A program made the translations under genes and the position numbers. 64,000 bases of DNA, taken from the NCBI GenBank assembly GCA_015062445.1, contig SUUQ01000007.1:9831-73830 (forward strand), in the 5' to 3' direction. This document shows, piece after piece, positions 36,760 to 46,173 of the stretch (within the stretch, counting starts at the first letter, position 1; every line of letters starts with the position of its first letter). This stretch comes from Alphaproteobacteria bacterium (GTDB lineage Bacteria; Pseudomonadota; Alphaproteobacteria; Rs-D84). The notes beneath the pieces were generated by a model that saw only the letters and a list, made by a program, of their open reading frames with translations, made no database searches and was not told the origin of the DNA.

Positions 36760-37680
36760 ATGGCACAGATTCTGTTAACAGACGTTATGCACGGGTTATC
36801 ACAGGACGCGTTTAATGCACGTTTTCCTGGGTATCGCCGCAAATTGCGTTTCAGCAAACCGTGGGACGACGTCGCACCCGATGGCACAGTTGTCCACCGT
36901 GATCCGCATGAAATGTATCGCACAGGCGATGCCGAGTTTTTACCATCTATCTTAACGGTTGGCGATGGAGCCCAGCGGCGTGTTGTTGAAAATGACATCA
37001 CGTTTCAGTTTATTGAAATCCGCCCACACAAATGGTTGTTTGTTGGTGCATATAAAACAATTGACCTGAACGGGGTTGGCATAAATCCATACACTAAAAA
37101 GTCATATCCCTATGCCAACGCAGAATACTTAAAGGAATTTGATTGTTTTGCGGGTCGTGTGGTTGTTGACTTTACCAATTCGCCCCAGCGTTTTTACTAT
37201 ACCAGTGCCGACATAATTGACCGGATTGTTGTATCCGAAGTTCTGTCGGACACATATCTGGAATTATCAGATGATTTTCCGGGCTATGACCGTGTATCTC
37301 GTGATTACAGGGCATTATCGGTCTGTATGACCAAACCTGATTGGAAAAATGCCTTGTCGGGTGTTTATGGTGTCTATGTTATAACAGACGGTGCCACCGG
37401 TCGGCAGTATGTTGGATCTGCCTATGGTGAAAATGGTGTTTATGGTCGCTGGTCTGTATATTTGGCAAATGGCTATGACGACAGTGACAAAGACTATCCG
37501 AACAAGCGGTTAAAAGAATTAGTAAAAAAACACGGCATGGATTATGTTCGTGAAAACTTTACCTATACATTGATAGAGATTTTTCCGAAAAATGACGTTG
37601 GTCGTGAACGTGCATTGGCCCGTGAATCCTACTGGAAAGAAGTTTTACAAACACGTCAATTCGGTTATAATGATAACTAA
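36760..37680 (+). CDS. GIY-YIG nuclease (C-terminal domain)
   Basis: GVYVITD..TGRQYVGSAYG..G..GRW..Y and RESYWKEVL.TRQFGYNDN. Confidence 0.88.
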   Translation: MAQILLTDVMHGLSQDAFNARFPGYRRKLRFSKPWDDVAPDGTVVHRDPHEMYRTGDAEFLPSILTVGDGAQRRVVENDITFQFIEIRPHKWLFVGAYKTIDLNGVGINPYTKKSYPYANAEYLKEFDCFAGRVVVDFTNSPQRFYYTSADIIDRIVVSEVLSDTYLELSDDFPGYDRVSRDYRALSVCMTKPDWKNALSGVYGVYVITDGATGRQYVGSAYGENGVYGRWSVYLANGYDDSDKDYPNKRLKELVKKHGMDYVRENFTYTLIEIFPKNDVGRERALARESYWKEVLQTRQFGYNDN

Positions 37681-37686
37681 ATAAAC

Positions 37687-38076
37687 ATGATAAAAAAAAG
37701 GAATCATAAAATGTCTTGGCTGAAACGAAATAAATGGTTGGTTATAATTTGTACATTAATTGTTTGTATGTTTGGGGCATATTTTGGTATGCGTTCACGA
37801 ATTTCGCATATTGCAAATACGGTTTGTCTGGTTCAGTACGATGATATGTTATCTGACATGTCGACCACGGCAGAAATTGCAATCCTGTTACAGGACGGCC
37901 GTGATGCATTTTGTGATTGTTATGTTTCAGGGCTGATGCCGCATTGGCATCGCTATGCATTTATGTCCATTGAAACGATGGTGCCAGCAATGATATCTGA
38001 CGGTGCCGAACCATCTTATTCATGTTTGGATGTTTTTGCTGACATTGTGTATGGGGCAGGGGGCCAGGGTAAATGA
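37687..38076 (+). CDS. Hypothetical protein with N-terminal membrane anchor
   Basis: WLVIICTLIVCMFGAYFG segment. Confidence 0.55.
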   Translation: MIKKRNHKMSWLKRNKWLVIICTLIVCMFGAYFGMRSRISHIANTVCLVQYDDMLSDMSTTAEIAILLQDGRDAFCDCYVSGLMPHWHRYAFMSIETMVPAMISDGAEPSYSCLDVFADIVYGAGGQGK

Positions 38077-38612
38077 GCGAATCTGAAATAACAGAACTTC
38101 AGAAATTATTGGTGTCTGCGCATTCGATAAACTCTGGCTATGGTCGCTGGGATTCTGCCGCATGGGTTGTAAATATGACCGACCCCGATGTTGTTCTGCC
38201 TGGGGAAATTTGGCGTCCCCACCCGGACTTTGCCGATATTTATGTCAGCAGTTATGGTCGCATCAGGTTGGGTGATGATAAAATCGTCCCCCAGGTCGAA
38301 GCAACACGTTCATGGTTTGATGGCATTATTGCGGCATTGCCGATAAATAAAGACCTATTAGATCGATATGATATTGGATACGCGTGTGTTTGTATAAATG
38401 GCAAATGGAAATTGGTCTATGAATTGGTTGCCCAGACATTTATTGGCCCCCGTCCTGCGGGTGCAATAATTCATCACAAATCGAACGATGGCTGGGACAA
38501 TCGTCCTGAAAATCTGGTCTATGTATCCGCCGATGCACATCGTGAAATTCATCGACAGCGCGGCAGGAATTGCCCTGATTACATGCCCAACGTTTATATG
38601 GCGACAAAATAA
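38073..38612 (+). CDS. NUMOD4-HNH endonuclease
   Basis: EIWRP...YVSSYGRIR (NUMOD4); LVAQTFIG...IHHKSNDGWDNRPENL (HNH). Confidence 0.85.
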   Translation: MSESEITELQKLLVSAHSINSGYGRWDSAAWVVNMTDPDVVLPGEIWRPHPDFADIYVSSYGRIRLGDDKIVPQVEATRSWFDGIIAALPINKDLLDRYDIGYACVCINGKWKLVYELVAQTFIGPRPAGAIIHHKSNDGWDNRPENLVYVSADAHREIHRQRGRNCPDYMPNVYMATK

Positions 38613-38641
38613 AACCACAAAAATCAGTTGCGTTTTGCATT

Positions 38642-38657
38642 TGGACCAATTTTGTCC
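38642..38657. promoter_or_regulatory. Putative operator, copy 2, overlapping a TTGTCC-16bp-TATAAT promoter
   Basis: Identical 16-mer to 34065-34080; TATAAT at 38674-38679. Confidence 0.65.
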
Positions 38658-38711
38658 GAACTGTTTCCTATATTATAATCAGAAACAAACCATTAACCCC
38701 AGGAATTATAA

Positions 38712-40775
38712 ATGAAACATAACGCGACAATTGCATACTATATAAACAACTTGGCATCGGCGAAGCTGCCGCAAAAGGCCGCAAACAGTTTACTGGACTT
38801 TGCCGAAGGTGTATCCACAGAATTGCTTGGCTATGACCTGTGTGAGCATTGGGGGCTCAGTCCTGATAAAAAGGTTCGCCGTGGTCGTATTCGTATACCG
38901 GTTGATACATCAGATGCGGGAAATACCTCGGACGTTCCCTGCACCCGCAGTATCAAGAAACTGCGTGACATTATGTCAGGTCTGTTGGTGATTGACATTT
39001 GTTCACCTGGTATTGATAAATGCATGGACAGTTTGACCAACCTGTTTGGATTAAATGAAACAGAACGCCGCCTGGTCCAGTTATTTGCAGACAACGTTCG
39101 TGATTCCCAGGTTCGTGCCCTGATACAAGACGTTATGTGTGACAATTTTCGTTACAGAACGTGTCTGGACCTGTACAATCTGGACATGATTGCCGCCATG
39201 TGTGGTCTGTCGTATGCTGCGGTCAATCGTGCGTTGGACCCAGATGGTTTGCTGGTTCGTGCGGGCATATTGGCGATTGACGACAGTGATGGCGAAATAA
39301 CATTAAATCGCTTTATATCCCGTCATCTGACAGATGGTATTACCAGTGTTCCTGAACTAAAGCGTGCCTTATTGGGCAAACCGCACACCGCGGACAAGGG
39401 GCTGGACTTTTCCCATGTTTCAGACAAATACGATTATATTAAATCGCTGATAAAAAATGCCGTTTCATTATATGTCCCCGGTATAAACATACTGATTTAC
39501 GGTGCGACCGGCACGGGCAAGACCGCCATGGCAAAGCACATTGTATCATCGTTGGGGTACGACCTGTATGGTCTGAACACATCGAACAAATGTCGCCAGG
39601 AAAAGAATATAAACCAGTCGTACCTGATGCATGCCCAGCGTATTTTATCCAGCGACTACAGGTCTGTCATCATGCTGGACGAAGCCGAAGACATCTTTCG
39701 CTATAATCCATATTCATCGAATGCCACGTCCAAGTTGTCTTTGAATCAGATGTTGGAACGCAATGCTCGGCCTGTGATATGGCTGACCAACGATATCACG
39801 TGTATCGATCCTGCATATTTACGTCGTTTTACATATTGCTGTGAATTGCCATCACCATCCAGCCAGGTCAAGACCCAAATCTGGTCTGGTATATGTCGCC
39901 GTCACAAATACAAAATATCGGACACAGAATTAAAATCACTGGCGGACAAATACGATGTTGTCCCTGGGGTTATTGACACAGCGGTGCGTGCGGCATGTAT
40001 GACGGGCGATTCTGGTGCGATTGTTCGTACATTGGAATCATATTGTATGGCGACCACGGGCCATATTCCTGTATCGACATCGAATAACATTGTGCCATTT
40101 GACACACGTTTATTGAACACGGACCTGGACATGGAAAAATTGGCCACCCAGATTCAGAATGGCAAATGCCAGAATTTTTCGTTGTGTTTGTATGGTGCAT
40201 CTGGTACGGGCAAATCTGCCTATGCCCGATATCTGGCAGATAAACTGGGGCTGCGTATTATTCAGAAACGTGCCAGTGACCTGCAGGACAAATACGTTGG
40301 CGAAACAGAAAAGCGCATTGCCGCTGCCTTTCGTGAAGCTGCCGAGCAAGGCGCCATATTGGTCTTTGACGAAGCGGACAGTTTTTTGCGTGACAGAACA
40401 CATGCCCGTGCCCAGTGGGAAGTTTCCGCCGTCAACGAAATGCTGACCCAAATGGAAAGCACGAATGTTCCATTTATTTGTACAACCAACCTGATGAACG
40501 ACATTGATCGTGCGGCCCTTCGCCGATTCCTGTTCAAGGTAAAGTATGATTACATGACCATTCCCCAGGTTGTATTGGCATTTTCTGATTTCTTTGATTT
40601 AACGGTATCGGAATCAGACGTTCGCAATTTAACTCATCTGACCCCCGGGGATTTTGCGGTTGTCAAACGTCGTGCAGATATAATGGGCACCACAGACACA
40701 TCAGAACTGATAAACATGCTGTCATCAGAAATGGCGGCCAAGAATATCCGCAATGCCAATCGCATTGGTTTTTAA
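38712..40775 (+). CDS. Tandem AAA+ ATPase (two AAA domains)
   Basis: GATGTGKT/IMLDEAED/LRRF and GASGTGKS/LVFDEADS/ALRRF; ends ..RIGF. Confidence 0.9.
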   Translation: MKHNATIAYYINNLASAKLPQKAANSLLDFAEGVSTELLGYDLCEHWGLSPDKKVRRGRIRIPVDTSDAGNTSDVPCTRSIKKLRDIMSGLLVIDICSPGIDKCMDSLTNLFGLNETERRLVQLFADNVRDSQVRALIQDVMCDNFRYRTCLDLYNLDMIAAMCGLSYAAVNRALDPDGLLVRAGILAIDDSDGEITLNRFISRHLTDGITSVPELKRALLGKPHTADKGLDFSHVSDKYDYIKSLIKNAVSLYVPGINILIYGATGTGKTAMAKHIVSSLGYDLYGLNTSNKCRQEKNINQSYLMHAQRILSSDYRSVIMLDEAEDIFRYNPYSSNATSKLSLNQMLERNARPVIWLTNDITCIDPAYLRRFTYCCELPSPSSQVKTQIWSGICRRHKYKISDTELKSLADKYDVVPGVIDTAVRAACMTGDSGAIVRTLESYCMATTGHIPVSTSNNIVPFDTRLLNTDLDMEKLATQIQNGKCQNFSLCLYGASGTGKSAYARYLADKLGLRIIQKRASDLQDKYVGETEKRIAAAFREAAEQGAILVFDEADSFLRDRTHARAQWEVSAVNEMLTQMESTNVPFICTTNLMNDIDRAALRRFLFKVKYDYMTIPQVVLAFSDFFDLTVSESDVRNLTHLTPGDFAVVKRRADIMGTTDTSELINMLSSEMAAKNIRNANRIGF

Positions 40776-40776
40776 C

Positions 40777-40807
40777 AAAAAACAGTGTCATTTGACACTG
40801 TTTTTTT
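40777..40807. terminator. Bidirectional terminator
   Basis: aaaaaacagtgtca-tt-tgacactgtttttt between convergent genes. Confidence 0.8.
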
Positions 40808-41384
40808 AATTTGAGCTTTTCGCACCTGCCTTGACCAGCATTTTATGCAGTCGTTTTGTCGGTGCCAAATCCAGCGGTGTTTTTCCATCTTTGTTTTTCA
40901 CGTTCAGTTTTGCCCCGCAATTAATCAAGAACTGTACTTTTTCATTACTTTTGGCTGCCACTGCATCATGCAGTGGTGTATTTCCCAATTTATTTCGCCG
41001 ATTTATATCTGCGCCTGCATCGACCAGTATTTGCAGTGTTTCCACGTCCCACTGCCAAAAAATTGCATTATTTCCAACCTTGTTAACATGTGTTGCATCC
41101 GCCCCCGCATCCAGCAGCAGTTTTGCAATATCTGGCCCCATTGACATAAACAGCGGTGTTGCCCCTGTAAAGTCCTGGATATTAACATTTGCCCCATTTT
41201 CAATCAGTATTTTTGCCACCGCCACATCATGCACCATGGTCAGTGGCACCAGTTTCGCAGGTGTTCGTGCATTAACATCTGCCCCATTTGCAATCAGTTC
41301 TTTTATCTGTTCGATATCTGGGTGCAGCGACCATGCCGATTCACACAGTTCTTTATTCAGTTTATTCTGTCTTTTTGACACCAT
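40806..41384 (-). CDS. Ankyrin-repeat protein
   Basis: Repeated GADVN/GxTPL(H) motifs. Confidence 0.9.
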   Translation of the reverse strand: MVSKRQNKLNKELCESAWSLHPDIEQIKELIANGADVNARTPAKLVPLTMVHDVAVAKILIENGANVNIQDFTGATPLFMSMGPDIAKLLLDAGADATHVNKVGNNAIFWQWDVETLQILVDAGADINRRNKLGNTPLHDAVAAKSNEKVQFLINCGAKLNVKNKDGKTPLDLAPTKRLHKMLVKAGAKSSN

Positions 41385-42441
41385 TGCATGAATCCTTGAT
41401 TGTTTCCGAACAATTTTTCAACAGTTCTTGATACGTGTCTATTAATTCCTGTGGGGCCAGTGGCACCATTTCACCACTCCACTGGAATATATGATGTGCC
41501 ATTGCCACCATTCCGCCGGCCCGGAATTTTATTGTCAAGCTGCCGTCTTGTTCATTTTCTGTAATTTCCTGGGTTGGGTGAAATTTGTATTTTTTTGCGG
41601 CGGCGGCGATTTTTGGACTGGCCCACCAAACGACATCTTGGATATTATTATCGCTGAACACACCAAAGAACTGTTTTGCATATTCCTGTACGGTCTGTGC
41701 ATTATCCCTGGTAAAGTATTTTCCTGTACGCTTCAGGTTTGTAATATTTTCCAAAATGTACTTGATTGGTGTTTCGGCCATTTCGCCATTATCCCACATT
41801 TCGCACGACACCAGATATGCATTTGAATCCCCGTACATCAGTCCCAATGGGCACACAACATGTTCTTTGACAGTACCGTCTTTTTTTGGATATGAAAACT
41901 TAACGATTTCTTGTTTATATGCGGCATCGGCCAGTGTTTCACGCACATCATCAGACACGTTAATTGTTGCCTGGGGCCCGACATAAACATACACAGATTC
42001 TGGTTTAACCTCGATTTCATCCATTGTGTTTCGATATTCACGATTTGTTCGGCTGACATTTTTTGCGTGTTTATCAAATCGGGATTTCAGTTTTTCATAC
42101 AGCAGCATCAGTGGTTCTGAAATATCTTTGTTTCCGGCCATCTTGATTGCTGTTTTTAATGCCCTCAGTTCGCCATCTTCAATTGTATCTGGGATATCAT
42201 TAACTTCCAGATACCATTTACCTGTTATTTCTTCGCACCAGCACGCATTTTTACCGTATTGCTTTTGCAGTGATTCGATAAATCGATTGACGGTTTTCGT
42301 ATGTGCCATATCACGGCCTGGCACCGCCAACAACGTCTGCATTTCTTGCTTGGTTAAACCTGTTGTCCGCAATTTATTTATAATCTGCAAATGTTCGTAC
42401 TTTTTTTTATGGTCATTTCGTCCGCTGGTCATATTTATCAC
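41362..42441 (-). CDS. WYL-domain transcriptional regulator (wHTH-WYL-WCX)
   Basis: N-terminal HTH (TKTVNRFIESL); VCPLGLMY...AYLVS; QFFGVF; KFHPTQEI..DGSLTIKF; LAPQEL. Confidence 0.87.
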   Translation of the reverse strand: MINMTSGRNDHKKKYEHLQIINKLRTTGLTKQEMQTLLAVPGRDMAHTKTVNRFIESLQKQYGKNACWCEEITGKWYLEVNDIPDTIEDGELRALKTAIKMAGNKDISEPLMLLYEKLKSRFDKHAKNVSRTNREYRNTMDEIEVKPESVYVYVGPQATINVSDDVRETLADAAYKQEIVKFSYPKKDGTVKEHVVCPLGLMYGDSNAYLVSCEMWDNGEMAETPIKYILENITNLKRTGKYFTRDNAQTVQEYAKQFFGVFSDNNIQDVVWWASPKIAAAAKKYKFHPTQEITENEQDGSLTIKFRAGGMVAMAHHIFQWSGEMVPLAPQELIDTYQELLKNCSETIKDSCNGVKKTE

Positions 42442-42452
42442 CTTTGTGTACG

Positions 42453-42842
42453 TTATTCTGTTGCCCCATGTTCGGTCAGTAATTTTCTGATTGTGGCATT
42501 TTCGTTATCTGTCGCATATTGCAGTGGTGTTTGCCCGTACTTGTTTTTTGCCATCACATCTGCCCCATGTTCAATCAGTACTTTTACAATTTCGTCTTCT
42601 TCGTTTGCTGCGGCACTATGCAGTGGTGTATGACCCAGATTATCCTGTGCGTTAACGTCCGCCCCATTTTCAATCAGTGTCTTTGCAATATTGACATATC
42701 CATTACATGCCGCAGCATGCAATGGTGTCATGAACAGATTTGTCCGTGCGTTAACATTCGCCCCATTGGCGATACACCGTTTAACAATGTCTAAATCGCT
42801 GTTTTCGATTGCTGTAAATAATTGTGCGTCTAAATCCTGCAT
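42453..42842 (-). CDS. Ankyrin-repeat protein
   Basis: TPLHAAA, GHTPLHSAA and GQTPLQYA repeats. Confidence 0.92.
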   Translation of the reverse strand: MQDLDAQLFTAIENSDLDIVKRCIANGANVNARTNLFMTPLHAAACNGYVNIAKTLIENGADVNAQDNLGHTPLHSAAANEEDEIVKVLIEHGADVMAKNKYGQTPLQYATDNENATIRKLLTEHGATE

Positions 42843-42947
42843 TATTAATCCCCATGGTTTAATTATTATTGTCCCACATTATATGGTGATTTTATTCACG
42901 AATTTCAAGCGGTTGCGACAAAAAAATCCCCATGAAAAATCATGGGG

Positions 42948-43649
42948 TTATTCACGCCAAATGACCGATGAAAACATGCCGTCAATCCGTTCTCGCAATG
43001 CCGCATCATCAAAGAACTGATTGCGTTCTGCGGCATTTGTTTTGTTGTTATCGTCTTCGTGATGTGGGGTATATTTTTGAACCGCTATTTTTTTCACCCC
43101 ACGCCCCGCCAACAAATCCGCAATCGCCCCCAGGTCATCTTTACTAACAAATCTTGGGTCGCATGTGATTCTGACTTCGAAATCTTTGCCGGTTTGTTGC
43201 CATATATCTAAGCTGCGAATCATGTTGTTATACGCAATGTTTTGTCCGGTTAAATCGGGATATTTTTCTTGTGTTGCCTTGAAATCCAGGCCAATCCAGT
43301 CAATATATTCTGCCGCCCGTGCCAGTGTATCTGGATAGAATCCATTTGTATGCAGGCCGATTTTGAATCCCAATGCACGAACACGTTTCATATATTCGAT
43401 TGTTGCATCGCCCTGCATCAGTGCTTCACCCCCTGAAAACACCACCGCTTCCAGCCGGTTTACACGTTTTTCCATCCACTGCAGCACCAGTTCTGGGTCA
43501 TATTCACCATCCCCGGGCGATAATAAATGGGGGTTGGAACAGTACGCACACCGCAACGGACATCCGACCAAGAACAAAACTGCCGCCAGTTTTCCTGGAA
43601 AGTCAATTGTTGTGAACGGAACCAACCCCCCGATTTGAATTTCACGCAT
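42948..43649 (-). CDS. nrdG: Anaerobic ribonucleotide reductase activating radical-SAM protein
   Basis: DFPGKLAAVLFLVGCPLRCAYCSNP; VVFSGGE. Confidence 0.92.
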   Translation of the reverse strand: MREIQIGGLVPFTTIDFPGKLAAVLFLVGCPLRCAYCSNPHLLSPGDGEYDPELVLQWMEKRVNRLEAVVFSGGEALMQGDATIEYMKRVRALGFKIGLHTNGFYPDTLARAAEYIDWIGLDFKATQEKYPDLTGQNIAYNNMIRSLDIWQQTGKDFEVRITCDPRFVSKDDLGAIADLLAGRGVKKIAVQKYTPHHEDDNNKTNAAERNQFFDDAALRERIDGMFSSVIWRE

Positions 43650-43654
43650 GACGA

Positions 43655-43837
43655 TTATGCTGCCCGTTTTAACAAATCACAATGACGTGCACCTGCAGAC
43701 AGACAGTTTGCTTCGGTAAAAGTTTTACGTTCACTGAATTCTGAATATTTACCGATGTTAAAGTTTTTCACAGGGCGAATAAATCCCATTGAACGTGAAA
43801 AAATTTCGCATGGTGTTCTGTTGCAGTTTGTTGTCAT
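43655..43837 (-). CDS. Stand-alone NrdD C-terminal glycyl-radical peptide (60 aa)
   Basis: RTPCEIFSRSMGFIRPVKNFNIGKYSEF.ER; own SD AAGGAG before ATG 43837. Confidence 0.8.
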   Translation of the reverse strand: MTTNCNRTPCEIFSRSMGFIRPVKNFNIGKYSEFSERKTFTEANCLSAGARHCDLLKRAA

Positions 43838-43878
43838 ATCTTTCTCCTTCCCTTGTTTTTTTGTTTGTGATTTTTTTT

Positions 43879-45918
43879 TTATTGTTGTTCGTTTGTGTCC
43901 TGGTTTGCGGCCATTTCTGCATCGCACTTTGGACAGAATTCATGTTTGCCCGGCAGATATCCATGCTTTGGACAGATTGAAAATGTTGGTGTCAGTGTCA
44001 TATATGGCACCTTGTAGTTTTCAAATATTGTCCGCACGATTTTCTGTGCTGCATCTCCGCTGGATACAGGTTCACCCATATACAGGTGCAACATTGTCCC
44101 GCCTGTATATTTACGTTGCAGTTCTTCCTGGTGTTCCAGTGCGACAAACGGGTCATCTGTAAAGTTCACTGGCAACTGTGTTGAATTCGTATAGTATGGC
44201 GCATCCGGTGTACCTGCAGTGATAATATCTGGAAAGTTTTTGACGTCGGTCTTGGCAAACCGATATGAACAACCTTCGGCTGGTGTTGCCTCCAGATTAT
44301 ACAGGTTTCCGGTCTGTTCCTGGAATGTGGCCAGGTTTTCACGGATAAAGTCCATTACATCCAGTACTAATTTTTTACCCATTGGTGATGCGATATTTTC
44401 ACGATCGCCCGTAAAGTTGCGCACCATTTCATTCGCACCATTTACACCGATTGTAGAAAAGTGGTGATTCCAATCGCCCAAATATCTGCGGGTAAATGGG
44501 TACAACCCACGTTCCATATTTTTCGAGATAATTTTACGTTTAATTTCCAATGCATCACGCCCCAAATCCAGTAACCGCTTCAGTTCTGTGAACAGTCCTT
44601 CACGATTTCCACGATGGATATAACCCAACCGTGCCAGGTTAATTGTGATAACACCGATTGAACCGGTCTTTTCTGCTGAACCAAACAATCCGCCACCACG
44701 TTTTAATAATTCACGCACGTCCAAACGCAACCGACAGCACATAGAACGCACGTCTGTTGGATTCAAGTCAGAATTCAGAAAGTTTTGGAAATTTGGAATT
44801 CCATACTTTGCTGCCAATTCAAACAGTGGTTTTACATTTGGGTGTTCCCATGGGAAATCAGGTGTGATGTTGTATGTTGGAATTGGGAACGTAAACGGCC
44901 GCCCCAGTGCATCACCTTCGGTCATGACCTCCAAGAATGCCTTGTTAATCAAATCCATTTCTGCCTGCAAATCACCATATGTAAAGTCAACCTGTTGTTT
45001 GCCGATAAACGGACGTTGGTTGCGCAGGTCCACTGGGCATGTCCAGTCGAATGTAAAGTTAATAAATGGTGTCTGTGTTCCCCACCGACATGGCACTGCA
45101 CAATTAAAGATTAACGTCTGCATTGCGTTTTTCACATCTGCATAGCTCAGGTTATCGATTCTGACGTATGGTGCCAAATACGTATCCACGGATGAAAATG
45201 CCTGTGCACCTGCAAATTCGTTCTGCAACGTCCCCAGGAAATTAACCATATGCGAAATCGCCGTCGCCATGTGTCGTGCAGGTTCACATTGCAGATATCC
45301 ATCTACCCCGTTAAATCCTTCGTACAACAGTTCACGCAGTGACCATCCTGCACAATAACCGGTCAGCCACCCCAAATCATGCACGTGAATTGCGGCTGTC
45401 TTATGTGCCTCAGCAACGGCCCGCGGATACAGGTTCAGCCAATATTCCGCGGTAACACGTTCACTGGTACGCAAAATCAGGCCACCGATGGAATAGCCCA
45501 CATTTGCATTTTCTTTGATACGCCAGTTTGAACCACCAACGTATCCTTCGATAACTTCGACTGCATCAACCATTGATTCGCGAATTTCAGTACGTTTTTG
45601 ACGATAAATAATATATGCTTCTGCTGTTTTATATGCCTTGTTATCCATCAAGGTTTGAATAACGGTGTCTTGGATTGCTTCGACTGTTGGTGTTTTATCT
45701 GCGAATTTAGTGTCCAGTCTTTTTAATACATCTTGTGTTATTTTCACAACCTCTACATCAGAAATTTCTGTTGTGACTGCCACGGCCTTTTTGATTGCTT
45801 CGTAAATCTTTTTAACATCAAATGGCACAGTTTCACCGCTGCGTTTTTGTACTGCAACCAGGTGTGTGGTCAGTGTTGGTGTGATTTGAATTTTAATTTC
45901 ATTTTGTGTTTCCGACAT
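43879..45918 (-). CDS. nrdD: Class III anaerobic ribonucleoside-triphosphate reductase, large part with ATP cone
   Basis: VQKRSGE ATP cone; IHVHDL, MCCRL, GSIGVITINL, EATPAEG and KYTGGT motifs; ends after the CxxC..CxxC zinc site. Confidence 0.94.
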   Translation of the reverse strand: MSETQNEIKIQITPTLTTHLVAVQKRSGETVPFDVKKIYEAIKKAVAVTTEISDVEVVKITQDVLKRLDTKFADKTPTVEAIQDTVIQTLMDNKAYKTAEAYIIYRQKRTEIRESMVDAVEVIEGYVGGSNWRIKENANVGYSIGGLILRTSERVTAEYWLNLYPRAVAEAHKTAAIHVHDLGWLTGYCAGWSLRELLYEGFNGVDGYLQCEPARHMATAISHMVNFLGTLQNEFAGAQAFSSVDTYLAPYVRIDNLSYADVKNAMQTLIFNCAVPCRWGTQTPFINFTFDWTCPVDLRNQRPFIGKQQVDFTYGDLQAEMDLINKAFLEVMTEGDALGRPFTFPIPTYNITPDFPWEHPNVKPLFELAAKYGIPNFQNFLNSDLNPTDVRSMCCRLRLDVRELLKRGGGLFGSAEKTGSIGVITINLARLGYIHRGNREGLFTELKRLLDLGRDALEIKRKIISKNMERGLYPFTRRYLGDWNHHFSTIGVNGANEMVRNFTGDRENIASPMGKKLVLDVMDFIRENLATFQEQTGNLYNLEATPAEGCSYRFAKTDVKNFPDIITAGTPDAPYYTNSTQLPVNFTDDPFVALEHQEELQRKYTGGTMLHLYMGEPVSSGDAAQKIVRTIFENYKVPYMTLTPTFSICPKHGYLPGKHEFCPKCDAEMAANQDTNEQQ

Positions 45919-45943
45919 TTTAATAACTCCCATTCTTGTAAAA

Positions 45944-45992
45944 ACACAACATATAGTGGTTGTTTGTTTGGTTTAATAACAATATATAGTTT
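45944..45992. promoter_or_regulatory. Tandem NrdR boxes upstream of nrdD
   Basis: acaCaacatataGtgg (45944-59) and taaCaatatataGttt (45977-92) fit the acaCwAtATaTwGtg consensus. Confidence 0.75.
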
Positions 45993-46173
45993 TATAAAAA
46001 ATGTATCAACTATGAAAAGTAAAAAAAAAATTATTTTTTGCTTTACTTTTGAAAAAGGGGATTTTCTGCATGTCCCAGCATGAAAACAGAATCGGTACAT
46101 TTACACCAATACATATTTTGTATCAACAAAACATCATTTTTTCCATGGGAAGTGATTCGGATTTTCTAAAAAA

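Noticed and set aside
42850-42950. attR copy of the tRNA-Ser 3' end closing island 2
   Set aside because: No match to the tRNA-Ser 3' sequence found here, so the right boundary rests on gene content only.
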